Position numbers and translations under genes: made by a program. Under the pieces are notes generated by a model that was not told the origin of the DNA, ran no database searches, and saw only the letters and a list, made by a program, of their open reading frames with translations. Shown piece after piece: positions 8,705 to 19,400 of a stretch of 48,984 bases of DNA (the stretch's first letter is position 1; each line of letters begins with the position of its first letter). The stretch is taken from the IMG/VR virus record IMGVR_UViG_3300031837_000019; one strand, 5' to 3'. The stretch comes from a virus.

Positions 8705-10013
8705 AGGCGCTTATGAGCGTCTATATGCTGGAGCACCAGTTGTTGAACTGCTAAACCGTTGGTTGGAGGCTAATCCTGCTAACCTGCGGGAAGGTACTTC
8801 TGTGCTTGCTCGTCCAGGTACTACTATCATTGGTGATGCACTTAATCAAGGTTCATTCACCGGTTATGGTGCTATGCGCGGTAATTACGCTCTTAGTGGT
8901 CTTTTCAACAATAACTTATTTGTTGTCTGTGGTTCTAACCTCTATATGTTTACTGACAATGGTAACGGAACCGTGACCTCTACTCTTATTGAGGGCACTA
9001 TCAGTGGTACCGGATATCCAGAGGTTGCGTGGCAAGCTGGTGCTGGTTACCAGAGACTTTGGATTTCAGACGGCCTTCTTCTTCAATATTATCAAGGAGA
9101 GTCTGCCGCCTCGGGAACACTAACCCTTACCGGGACTATTGTTAATGGAACAGATAAGTTTGAGGTTGGCGGTATATATTATGTCTGGGGAACTACCTTT
9201 AGCCCTTCAGATGCGGGAACATCATCTAACCCATTTGTGATCAACCCAACCAGCATTGCTCTTGCACAACTTGCACCACTTGATCAGGCTGTTTTAGCAA
9301 TCACAGACACTGGAGAAGCTGGTACAGACTATAGCTCAACTATTGCTGGTCCAAATACCTTAGTTACTGCTGCAAATAATAGCGGTAACAGTCCGGCCAC
9401 ATCTATTCAAATTTCTGCGATAACTGTTGGCTCAGGCGGAGACTCTATTACTTTCACGATTGTCGGTGGTACTGCGCTGTCTGTTACAGGTAGCGGCACT
9501 TTGCAAAATGGCGGTATCCAAACCCTTCTTGGTTGCACAATGCCTAATGGTGTTGCTCCTGGGTCCATCACCCAAGTTAGTTCTTACGTAATGGTTGCTC
9601 AAGCGAATAGCCAAGAATTCTTCTGGGTTAATCCTGGAGAGACAACAATTGATCCCTTCAACTTCGCGTCTAAAGAAAGTTCACCCGACCCGATCATCTC
9701 TATGCGAGCTGTCGGGGATCAGGTACTTATTATGGGCAGTAAATCAACAGAGAACTGGTATGCCACAGGTAATCTCGCAGCACCTTTCGCACCTATTGAA
9801 GGTCGCGTTTATGCGCGTGGTGTTATCGCTGGAACCCCTGTTGTGGTTGACGATGGTATTATTGTTGTAGGAGACGATGGCCGAGTGTACTCTATCGGTT
9901 TCCAACCAGGGGATGCTACGGACACTAGCTGGGGTGTGAATAGGATTTCAAACAATGGGATTGAAGAGCGTGTTCGATATCAAATTAGACGTGAGGACGG
10001 ATTAACACCATGA
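8682..10013 (+). CDS. P22 gp10-like tail hub protein (tentative)
   Basis: FASKESSPDPIISMRAVGDQVLIMGSKSTENWYATGN..PF resembles, from memory, P22 gp10 YRAESQPDGIIGIG..IVCFGSSTIEYFSLTG. GTG start. The central 140 aa carry the shared module. Confidence 0.55.
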   Translation: MTQVPLGKGAYERLYAGAPVVELLNRWLEANPANLREGTSVLARPGTTIIGDALNQGSFTGYGAMRGNYALSGLFNNNLFVVCGSNLYMFTDNGNGTVTSTLIEGTISGTGYPEVAWQAGAGYQRLWISDGLLLQYYQGESAASGTLTLTGTIVNGTDKFEVGGIYYVWGTTFSPSDAGTSSNPFVINPTSIALAQLAPLDQAVLAITDTGEAGTDYSSTIAGPNTLVTAANNSGNSPATSIQISAITVGSGGDSITFTIVGGTALSVTGSGTLQNGGIQTLLGCTMPNGVAPGSITQVSSYVMVAQANSQEFFWVNPGETTIDPFNFASKESSPDPIISMRAVGDQVLIMGSKSTENWYATGNLAAPFAPIEGRVYARGVIAGTPVVVDDGIIVVGDDGRVYSIGFQPGDATDTSWGVNRISNNGIEERVRYQIRREDGLTP

Positions 10014-12130
10014 CAGCGATTTGGCTAGATAGCTTTGATCAGTACGGCACTGGTACGATTGGCCAGACTAATATGCTATCTGGCAATTATGCTAATATTG
10101 GTAGTTGCGCGCCTTTGACCCCAAGTTTTGGGGCCAGAACGGGCCAATACTGCATGGGCTCTATTAATAATTCACCTAGTTTGTATTATACTCTACCTGC
10201 ATCTTTAACGAATATGTTTCAATCTTTCGGTTTCGCCGTGTCCCATCTTGCAACAGAGTTCGGCACAATCTGTGAATTTATAGATGGCAGTGCTAATGTC
10301 CTATTTGCTTTGCAATATACGCCTACGGGTGCGATTCGGCTTATTCAAGGCGGTACTTCGAATGTTCTTGGTATCACGTCTGGTCCTGTTATTGTTCCTG
10401 AAAATTGGAACTTTTTTGAGATGAATGTCAATACCAGCACCAATACATTTACTCTTCGTGTTAATGATGCTACTGCCAGTAATACCCCTGTCCTGACTGT
10501 GACAAATTCTGATATCGCTGGTACAATAGCTCAACTTGGCTATATGCAAGATCCTGCATCATTTCTTGATGATCTCTTTATCCGTGATACAACGGGTTCA
10601 GTTAATAATAGTTGGCTGGGGGATAGGCGTATTGCTACCCTTCTAGCAGATGCAGATACTGCAACAATGGGGTGGACGCCAAACTATTATCATCAATTGG
10701 GTGCGGGTATTCTCACTAATACCGCAGGAGGCGGCCTATGGGTGACCAATGGTACACCGCAACTACTAGGTACAGGCGACTTCACTATCGAAGGTTTTGT
10801 GCGCTTCCAGTCACTCCCCACGGGCACGAATAAGGCGGTTATATTTGGTAAATGGGATGAGACACACAACCAACGTAGTTATCAACTATTCTTAGGCTCA
10901 ACTGCGCTAAATAATGGTTGCATCTGTTTTCAGACGTCTACTGATGGGACAGTCTCGACAGTCGTGCAACCAATTGTGTATCCATGGACACCCGCATTAG
11001 ATACGTGGTATCATGTGGCTATTGTTCGTGCATCTGGCGAAGACCTTCTATTCATAGACGGTATTCAGATGGGGCTGCCAATTGCAGACACTGCAGACTA
11101 TTTTGCTAGCGGCACTTATCTAGGTATTGGTGCTCAGGCTGAATTGTCTGGTTCACCGCTTCTTAGTGGCACTACACTAGAAGGCTGGTTTGATGAAATT
11201 CGCTGGACTGTGGGTCATGCTAGATATACTGCTAACTTTACTCCAACTACTGTAGAATTCCCTAGAGGTTCTAGTGATCCTTACTGGTCTGATGTGGCAT
11301 TTCTTGCTGGTTTTGATAGTACTATCCAAGATGAAAGTAGCTACACTTGGTCGATTGGTACTGGCGGTTCTGTTCAATTTACAACAAATGATGGGCCTAC
11401 TGTAGGGAATTTCTCTACCGTTAGTAAGTCTGTGCCTGATGATAATACATTCATGACAGCACCATACATTGCCGCCACCAGTATTCTAACTATGACTGCC
11501 CAACCTACCGCCGGTAATACTGTTACTGTCGGTACAAAAGATGGAACCACAGCAGCTGTATATACATTTGAGACTAGCCTCTCAGCAGCCTTTCAGGTTC
11601 TGATCGATACCAGTCTACAACAAACATTACAAAATCTATATAATGCTATTAATGCTGGTCCGGGTGGTGGTACGAAGTATGGTACAGGTACAACATCTAA
11701 TTATGATGTGAATGCTGTACAGCTTCCCGTTGGGCAGTTGGAAGTGATTGCTAATCGTTCTGGTACATCCGGTAATAGCATTGCCACAAGTGCTTCTGGC
11801 ATTACCGGTAGTTGGACAGGTTCCACTTTGTCTGGTGGCCTTAATATCCCGGGGCCATCAAATTTCAAAGTTCAACGTTTGCCCCCGAATACAACACTAA
11901 TTAGTGCAGTGCAAATTGTAACTCGCGCCTCTAAGTCAGATGCTGGTGCAGGAACATTTAACACAGGATTTATTGGAGCTCAGGGTGGTCAGGCAACTGG
12001 CCCGACACACTCTTTGACAATTAGTCCTGTATTCTACAACGATCTTTATGATGTTGACCCAGATACTTCGGGACCGATCTCGCCCGTTACGATCACTAAT
12101 GGGGCCATCCAGATTAATAGGGACACCTAA
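10010..12130 (+). CDS. tail-associated protein with LamG/concanavalin-like jelly-roll regions
   Basis: GDFTIEGFVRF..AVIFGKWD..SYQLFLG..WYHVAIVRASGEDLLFIDG..GWFDEIRW is a typical LamG pattern. The C-terminal third carries the shared module. Confidence 0.6.
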   Translation: MTAIWLDSFDQYGTGTIGQTNMLSGNYANIGSCAPLTPSFGARTGQYCMGSINNSPSLYYTLPASLTNMFQSFGFAVSHLATEFGTICEFIDGSANVLFALQYTPTGAIRLIQGGTSNVLGITSGPVIVPENWNFFEMNVNTSTNTFTLRVNDATASNTPVLTVTNSDIAGTIAQLGYMQDPASFLDDLFIRDTTGSVNNSWLGDRRIATLLADADTATMGWTPNYYHQLGAGILTNTAGGGLWVTNGTPQLLGTGDFTIEGFVRFQSLPTGTNKAVIFGKWDETHNQRSYQLFLGSTALNNGCICFQTSTDGTVSTVVQPIVYPWTPALDTWYHVAIVRASGEDLLFIDGIQMGLPIADTADYFASGTYLGIGAQAELSGSPLLSGTTLEGWFDEIRWTVGHARYTANFTPTTVEFPRGSSDPYWSDVAFLAGFDSTIQDESSYTWSIGTGGSVQFTTNDGPTVGNFSTVSKSVPDDNTFMTAPYIAATSILTMTAQPTAGNTVTVGTKDGTTAAVYTFETSLSAAFQVLIDTSLQQTLQNLYNAINAGPGGGTKYGTGTTSNYDVNAVQLPVGQLEVIANRSGTSGNSIATSASGITGSWTGSTLSGGLNIPGPSNFKVQRLPPNTTLISAVQIVTRASKSDAGAGTFNTGFIGAQGGQATGPTHSLTISPVFYNDLYDVDPDTSGPISPVTITNGAIQINRDT

Positions 12131-12133
12131 TGT

Positions 12134-13036
12134 ATGTCGGATGCATACTCAGCTACTGCATCACAGCTTATAGTACTTGCCGCAGAAGCAAAAGATAGTA
12201 CACCCACTAAAGTTTCTAAAATTTCTGCCATTGCAGCTACAGAAGCTGTAGATACAAGGCCACGAGTATCCGATGTACTTCTCTTAACTGCCTATGGGCC
12301 ACCACAAACGAGACATGCTTATGATTCACAACAGGTTGTACTCGCTGCAACAGCCGCTCAGGAAAGTAACGTGACAACACAAGTCTCTGATGCAATGCTT
12401 TTAGTAGCTTATGCAACTGCTGTACCCAGTTCTTCGGCTCAAGCTGCCTGGACTTTTGTGATGGATGGTCACCGCTTCTATGTTCTACCATTGGGGCCTG
12501 AAGGTGATTGGGCATATGATTTTACTACTCAAGAGTGGTGTCAACTTCAAACCCAAGGTTTCCCAGGTATGAATTTCACGCATGGTGTCATGTGGGGGCT
12601 TCGTGTTATGGGGGGTGATGCGCTCTATACATATCTGTATGAGCTTGATCCTACGCAACCACTGGATGAACAGTGGCGAGAAGTTGAACATATGGTTACT
12701 GGTGGTATTCCCACGCGTACCCGTTCAATGATCGGGGTAGCTAATTTCACTCTCACCGCCTCTGTTGGTGACGACAGTGCAGATGATATGTCAATTAGTC
12801 TAGCCTTTAGTGATGACAATGGTGTCACATGGTCCCAGGAATTTGATTTACCACTAACTGATCAAAGTACTCAAATGCTTATTTGGAATGCTCTTGGATC
12901 ATTTGCCGCCCCCGGTCGAGTCTTCCGTATCACGGACTATTCAGGCCCAATTCGACTGGATGGTGCTGATGCTGTTCTGACTATTGGTACTGGCGCAGAC
13001 AGCGGTATTGAACAAGACGGACAGAAAGCACAATGA
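12134..13036 (+). CDS. structural protein with an Asp-box (BNR) motif
   Basis: 300 aa; SDDNGVTW matches SxDxGxTW. The N-terminus has VS(K/D)..L(L)..A triplet repeats. Confidence 0.5.
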   Translation: MSDAYSATASQLIVLAAEAKDSTPTKVSKISAIAATEAVDTRPRVSDVLLLTAYGPPQTRHAYDSQQVVLAATAAQESNVTTQVSDAMLLVAYATAVPSSSAQAAWTFVMDGHRFYVLPLGPEGDWAYDFTTQEWCQLQTQGFPGMNFTHGVMWGLRVMGGDALYTYLYELDPTQPLDEQWREVEHMVTGGIPTRTRSMIGVANFTLTASVGDDSADDMSISLAFSDDNGVTWSQEFDLPLTDQSTQMLIWNALGSFAAPGRVFRITDYSGPIRLDGADAVLTIGTGADSGIEQDGQKAQ

Positions 13037-14076
13037 CCCAACAAGTTCAGGACCTAGGGCCACTTACTTGGAACGTACCTATTGTTACTAAGAATGGTGG
13101 TCCCACCCCCGAATTTCAGCGGGCATGGAATACACAGCGCAATAATAATACCCAGATCGGTACTGTTGCATTTGGATCGGGAGCTCCTACAGGTTCACCT
13201 GCAGATGGTGCAGAATATATAAATACTGGGACCACACCATATACTCTGTATATCGGTAAAGGCGGTTCTTGGACTCAAGTGGGCGCTATTAAATTTACAG
13301 ATCTATTAGATGCACCACATAGTTATTCGGGTTCTGGCGGTCTTATTACTCGTGTTAACTCGGGTGCCACCGGTCTTGAGTTTGATAGCATCTCAGCTAT
13401 CTTAGACTCTATTGGTGCAACTCAGGGGGATGTTCTATATCGTAGTGCATCTGGATGGGCAGTCTTAACACCGGGTACATCTGGCCAAGTCTTACAAACT
13501 AATGGTACTGGTGCTAATCCTACCTGGGTAACACCTAGCGGTGGTGGCGGCGGGGCCTTGACATTTCTAGATACAATTACGACTACGAGCGGTCAGACGA
13601 GTATCGCCTTTAGCTCATCAGTTATCCCGGCAAGTGGTTATTCACAGTTGGTATTACGATTTAACGGGAACTCGACTCTCGGTTCACAAGATACAATTAA
13701 TATGCAATTCAACGGAGACACGGGATCAAATTACAACTACACGGATTATCGTCAGATAGCCGGTTATGGCGGTGCAGGGGGCGGGAATAATAATCAGTCA
13801 TCTATAGTTGCTGCGTATACTTTTCCCCCTGGAAGTCCGATTTCGATTGAAAGTGAGATAACAATATCTTGGTATCTATTACCACTCATAAAATCAATAC
13901 ACGGAATGGGGAGCGCCTATGAGCCTTCAGCAAGTTTTTCAGGCCAGTCTGGGTGGGCACTAACGGTGAGTGGTGGTTGGAATAATACGGCCGCTATCAC
14001 TAGTATTACAGTATTTCCTGCCTCGGGTAGTGCATTCACCACTGGATCAATTTTCAATCTTTATGGTGTCCAGTGA
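13033..14076 (+). CDS. tail fibre/spike protein
   Basis: GDVLYRSASGWAVLTPGTSGQVLQTNGTGANPTWVTPSGGGG is a motif common in phage fibre proteins. Position fits. Confidence 0.6.
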   Translation: MTQQVQDLGPLTWNVPIVTKNGGPTPEFQRAWNTQRNNNTQIGTVAFGSGAPTGSPADGAEYINTGTTPYTLYIGKGGSWTQVGAIKFTDLLDAPHSYSGSGGLITRVNSGATGLEFDSISAILDSIGATQGDVLYRSASGWAVLTPGTSGQVLQTNGTGANPTWVTPSGGGGGALTFLDTITTTSGQTSIAFSSSVIPASGYSQLVLRFNGNSTLGSQDTINMQFNGDTGSNYNYTDYRQIAGYGGAGGGNNNQSSIVAAYTFPPGSPISIESEITISWYLLPLIKSIHGMGSAYEPSASFSGQSGWALTVSGGWNNTAAITSITVFPASGSAFTTGSIFNLYGVQ

Positions 14077-14146
14077 GCATCATAGATGTACTTGACCCTA
14101 GGCTATGGTTAATCTTTTACTTAATCGTTGTGAGCACCGCCCCTAG

Positions 14147-14560
14147 ATGAGAACCTATGATGCTTTTAAGATTGCGTTAGCAATTAAGCACTTTTTAAAG
14201 ACAGAAGAACAGGTTGACCCAATTGAATGGTTGAGTAAACCAGAACATATTGTCTTAGAGAATGAGTACGGTGATTTAGCACTATTTGAATATAGTTTCC
14301 CTATTAAGAAAATCTACTCCGGTCATTACTATTTCAAGTCTCGTGGTAAGCAAGCTATTCAATCTGCAAGGGGTTTTCTTGACGAATTGTTCAATACGTG
14401 TTACAATATAAATGTGGTGATGGGGTTAGTCCCAATTGAACGTAAAGAGGTCAAATGGTTGACCCGTCGTGTCGGATTTACCTCTCATGGTCTTGAAGAA
14501 ATTCATGGACAGGAATATGAATTATTCATCATAACAAAGAAAGAATTTAATAATGAGTAG
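14147..14560 (+). CDS. AT-rich moron-like ORF, possibly GNAT-like (tentative)
   Basis: 137 aa, preceded by a 70-nt gap. Much lower GC than its neighbours. HYYFKSRGKQA..GF..EYELFIITKKEF loosely resembles an acetyltransferase core. Confidence 0.4.
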   Translation: MRTYDAFKIALAIKHFLKTEEQVDPIEWLSKPEHIVLENEYGDLALFEYSFPIKKIYSGHYYFKSRGKQAIQSARGFLDELFNTCYNINVVMGLVPIERKEVKWLTRRVGFTSHGLEEIHGQEYELFIITKKEFNNE

Positions 14561-15113
14561 TATCTTTGGCGGTTCACAACAGCAATCGCAATCTACTTCC
14601 AGCTCATCCAATCAGGCATACCCGTACCTTCAGCAAGCATTGGGCGGAAATGTTAGCAATGGGTCAAATGCTGGTAACCAACTGGCCAGTATGTTGGGAC
14701 TTAATGGTACACCCGCACAAGCCACAGGATTCAATAATTTCCGAAATAGTACTGGATATCAGTTTGGTCTGAACCAAGGTATTCAGTCTATCACAGGCAA
14801 TGCTGCCACACAGGGTCTACTTAATTCGGGTTCGACCCTAAAGGCGTTGGACACATACGGTCAGAATTATGCCAATACTCAATATGGTAATTATACCAGT
14901 ATGCTCCAAAATCTCCTTAGTGGTGGTAACACATCTGCTTCTGTCATTGGTGGTGCTGGTAATGTGTACAATAGCCAAAGTACTGGGTCTGGTTCTTCTA
15001 ATGGAGGGGGTATCGGTGGTGCTATCGGTTCTCTGTTGGGTAAGGGGGGTGCTGGTATATCGTCTGGCGGGTCTGCACTTGGTGGCCAACTAGCAGCAGC
15101 AGGAGTTTCATAA
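14553..15113 (+). CDS. Gly/Ser/Asn/Gln-rich internal virion (ejection) protein candidate
   Basis: 186-aa low-complexity ORF directly upstream of two larger internal-protein candidates. Confidence 0.5.
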   Translation: MSSIFGGSQQQSQSTSSSSNQAYPYLQQALGGNVSNGSNAGNQLASMLGLNGTPAQATGFNNFRNSTGYQFGLNQGIQSITGNAATQGLLNSGSTLKALDTYGQNYANTQYGNYTSMLQNLLSGGNTSASVIGGAGNVYNSQSTGSGSSNGGGIGGAIGSLLGKGGAGISSGGSALGGQLAAAGVS

Positions 15114-15119
15114 TTAATT

Positions 15120-16454
15120 ATGGCCGGTATTATGGACCTTCTAGCATCTCTTGGTTTAGGTTCTCAACCTCAAACAAATTCTTTGGGATTTGGGCAAACT
15201 TCCAACGGAGTAGCCCCTGGTCAAAGTACCTCACCAGGTGGCCAAACAGTCACGCCACTTAGTCAAGTTGTAGTCACTGCTGCGAAAGGGCCTAATGGCG
15301 TAAATCCACAAATGCCTTCTCAGGCATCTTCTGCGCCTATGACAATGGCTGCACCGCCAAATATGTCTGGTCTTGATCAATCCGTGCCATCTCTACCGTC
15401 AGACTCCAATGGTGTTCTTCAAGGCTCTCAAGGAGCCCCATTCAACTACGACAATAGCTCTGCTGCAGCGGCAGTAAATCAAGCGGTTCAAAAAGAGCCT
15501 TTTGGCGGCCAAGGGGGTAATCCTGGTATATACGGGTTACTTCCTCAAAACCTTCAACACGGTACTCTGCGTAATGTCCTAGGAGCTATCGGAGATGCAT
15601 TTCTTGTCGGGTCCAATAGGCAACCACAATATGCCCCTGCTATGGCCCGTATGCAAGTTGGTCAAGCTATGGCGGGTATGAACCCGAATGACCCTGATTC
15701 TATGTATGCTGCTGCCTCTCGTGTTGCGGCAACTGGTGTTTCAGGGGCTGCTGAGATGTCTGATAAGATTGTTCAACAAGCCGAACAAGCCGCAATGCGT
15801 AAACAATACATGGAGTACAATCAGAACTATCGTGAACAGGTTATAGGCAATAAAGCGGACAATACGCTTCGCCTACAAGCACCACAAGTTAGTGGAATGG
15901 TTAATTCAGCTAAAACTGCTCAAGACTATGCCACACGATATGCCCAAGCAGAGGCCATTGCTCAGCGTATCGGCCCTAACTATCATGCCAGTGATTTTGG
16001 ACTTGTCTCTCCTGATCAGTGGCAGCCCGGTATGACACAAGGTCTGACCGCTAATCAGGAGCAACTATCCTCGGATAAAAGTGCTCAACGAGATGTGACT
16101 AAACGTGGTCAAGATTTCGGGTACCAGGGTCGAGTCACATCAGCTACTATTAATGCTGGTGGTCATGTTCGAGCGGCTCAAATCTCTGCCGGTAAACCCA
16201 CATCAGGTACAATTGAGCAAGGAATTATCTCTAAGATGAATTCGGAACAACCCCTCAGTGCTGGTGAACAATATTATGTTCAACATAGCCCCACATTTAA
16301 TGCTAAGAGTGGGCGTCAACTTCTCGTACCTCCCGCTGGTGGTAGTGGCGCGCAACCTGCACATCAACAGTTCCAAAATGGAATGATATATCATGACGCC
16401 CACGGAAATAGTGCTCGATATCAGAATGGACAATGGATTTCGGTTAATCACTAA
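15120..16454 (+). CDS. internal virion (ejection) protein candidate
   Basis: 444 aa, Q/A/G/P-rich; call based on position. Confidence 0.5.
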   Translation: MAGIMDLLASLGLGSQPQTNSLGFGQTSNGVAPGQSTSPGGQTVTPLSQVVVTAAKGPNGVNPQMPSQASSAPMTMAAPPNMSGLDQSVPSLPSDSNGVLQGSQGAPFNYDNSSAAAAVNQAVQKEPFGGQGGNPGIYGLLPQNLQHGTLRNVLGAIGDAFLVGSNRQPQYAPAMARMQVGQAMAGMNPNDPDSMYAAASRVAATGVSGAAEMSDKIVQQAEQAAMRKQYMEYNQNYREQVIGNKADNTLRLQAPQVSGMVNSAKTAQDYATRYAQAEAIAQRIGPNYHASDFGLVSPDQWQPGMTQGLTANQEQLSSDKSAQRDVTKRGQDFGYQGRVTSATINAGGHVRAAQISAGKPTSGTIEQGIISKMNSEQPLSAGEQYYVQHSPTFNAKSGRQLLVPPAGGSGAQPAHQQFQNGMIYHDAHGNSARYQNGQWISVNH

Positions 16455-19400
16455 TGCCGTTTGACCCATCAACTGCACAACCCTTTGACCCTTCCTCGGC
16501 TCAATCCACTGTGGGAGGGTTTGACCCGTCATCTGCCAAACCTGTACAACCAACACAAGATGTTAGTGTTCCACAGGCGATTGGTAACTTTATCGGTCAA
16601 TTAGGCCAAACAGCGGGAGACCTAATAGCAGGTCATCCGAACCATGCTCCTAATCAGATGGAACAGGGACTGATGGGTGCTGGTCAACGTACTGGTGCGG
16701 CCCTGGACTCCGCTGTGTCTAACAACCTACTATTTCAACCTGTTCGTGCAGCTATGGAATGGTCTGGCCAAGGTATGGACAAACTAAAGAGCCTATACCC
16801 TGGGCAATCACAACAATGGTATCAATCTCAGCTCCATCAAGTCTATAACCAAGCTGTTATAAACTCAAGACAACATGCGCAGCAAGAACAACAACAGGTT
16901 GATCAACAGACTCCAGGATGGGCTGGAAAAGCAGGTCAAGCCGCTCTAAACATTGGTACAGGTCTTGCTACTAATCCTGAATATATGCTTATTCCCGGTA
17001 TGGCAGGTACAGGTGGCCTAGCCTCTAGACTAGCTATGGCTGGTGGTAGTAATGCGGCTATAGGGTCTGCGTCTGATGTGGCTGCTCAAGCCATGGATAT
17101 GGCTACTGGTGTTAAGAAGAACTTCGACATCCAACAGAATCTAGAGAGTGCTTTCACGGCAGGTGCTTTTGGTGTTGGCATGCATGGTGCTGTAGAGGTT
17201 GCACCATTCGTTAAGAACCTATTCTCTGCCCGTGGCATGGACACAACCCCATCAGTCGATCCTCGTCAGAGTCTTCAACTATCACCGATGACAGGCGATC
17301 ATGTTGCTATGAATGCTGCTGATTCTATGCAATATCATCAACTACTGATGCATGGTTCTGTGGACGATATCAAAGGCTTCTTCAATGGTCGTAATGGTCC
17401 TCAACCTAGTTGGACAGATGTCAATGATTGGGTAGAACACCGAGATAATCCTCCCGTCTCCACTAATGGTGTTGCTGGGGTGGACACATCACGTATGCCC
17501 GATTTTGACTATAACACCGAATACAATAATCATGCCGAACAACAATGGAAAGAACAGAACCGTCAGGCAGTTGAGGATCATGTAACTCAACAGATGTCAG
17601 GGTGGAAGAATGCCCCTAATGTTGAAGTGGTTCACGGACCTGAGGATATTGCTGATCCTGCTCAACGCCAAGGGGCTATGGATGCGGACAACGGAAAGCA
17701 ACTAGGGTTCTTCGGGGATGACGGAACTGTACGTATGTACAGTGGCCGTATCACTGGTGAGCCTATGGCTAATGCTCTTCTGTTCCACGAGGGCTTAGGT
17801 CACTTTGGTCTTCAACAAGCATTTGGTGACAGACTTGACTCTGTAATTGGCTCACTCCTAGATCGGAATGTGAATAATCTTAACCGTCTAACCGATGCTT
17901 GGCAAGAGGCCAATCCGAATGCCTATGGTGGAGATCGTACGAGAGCTGCTGAAGAGGTACTAGCAGAGGCCAGTCAAAGGGATGGTAATGCTAATGCTCA
18001 GGGCTTAGGGGCAGATGCTTCAGGTAACTTTAAACAATCTTGGTCTGATGCTCTGGGTTCAACTATTCGTCAGTTTGGTCGTAAGATGGGTTTTAATATT
18101 GCTGCGTCTGATGCAGAGGTGCGTCAAGTACTTTCGATGGCTCATGATGCTGTGATCAATGGTAAGGGTCTTGCTCGTGATAACGGTTACAGTAATGGTA
18201 ATCGCTATATGTTCATTGGTAAAGATGCCTATGGGTTTGATGATAACGGACCAACTGCTGACTTAGCATCCGATGGCCGTTTCCGTAATGAAATTGATGA
18301 TAGTCAAGCCAAACTAAAAGATCCATATTGGTATGAGAAACCTAACCAAACATTAGGTGATGTCTTGGATCATCCAGAATTATACAAAGCATATCCAGAC
18401 CTCAAAGATCTTCCTGTTTATCCTTATAATAAAGACAGCAGAATGTCTGGGGCTTATGGTCAAAGAGGTGATGGCTCTGGTAACTATATGCTTATCAATC
18501 CCGATAGAAGTCCTGATGAACAACTTATGACTGCTCTTCACGAATCCCAACACGCTATTCAGCATATCGAGCAATATCCCGATATGATGAAACAGTTGAA
18601 TGTCGGTGGTTCAGAAGCTATGTCAAAAGAAGACTATCTAAACAATATGTCCGAAAAAGAGGCTCGAATTACCGAGTCTCGTAAAGATTTAACTATGCAA
18701 CAGCGTATTGATCAAGTACCTCCTAAATATATGACCTCAGATCAGTTCAGTCGTACTGAGAAAGATATAGCTTCTGAGGCTTTTGACCGACTGGCAGATG
18801 GTTATGATAATCGTTCCACACGTTCATGGGACGATGCCATGGATGCTGCCCGTGATACGGCTATCAATCTTGATAAGTTAAAACGAGTTCGTGGTATTGG
18901 TGATCTTGATAAACGACTCTTTCAGTATGATAATGCGGCCAAAGAGTTGAATGATCGACTTCAAACATCTGCTGCTAAAGTTGTCTCTGGTGAGTCACTA
19001 ACATCAGAAGAACAAGCACAACGTATTCAAGATGTGGCCCAATTCCACTATGTTCTTGGACGTATTGAGAACGATAGTGCTCAAATTGGTCGTGCCCTCA
19101 ATGCGATGAAGGCTATTGAGTTCAGTCGTAACAATCTCCTTGGTCTTAAATCCCTATTAGATAAGTATGATTCTTCTCTTGGTCCTCTGTCTGATCCCGA
19201 AGTGATGCAGAAATTCCTCATGCAGTACTCCTTACTTGGTGGAACTAAGGGTGGCCAAACGCTTGCGGCCACTCTGAATAAACCTGGATGGGAGAAATAT
19301 GCTCTCACACTGTATCGTAATATGATACTGTCCTCTGTGGGTACCCATATTAAAGCCCCTATGGACATGGCCACAGGTATTGCCCTAGACATTGAAGATC

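Noticed and set aside
17786-17803. Second metallopeptidase motif HEGLGH in the giant protein
   Set aside because: The spacing is HExxxH, not HExxH, so it is not counted as a zinc-binding motif.
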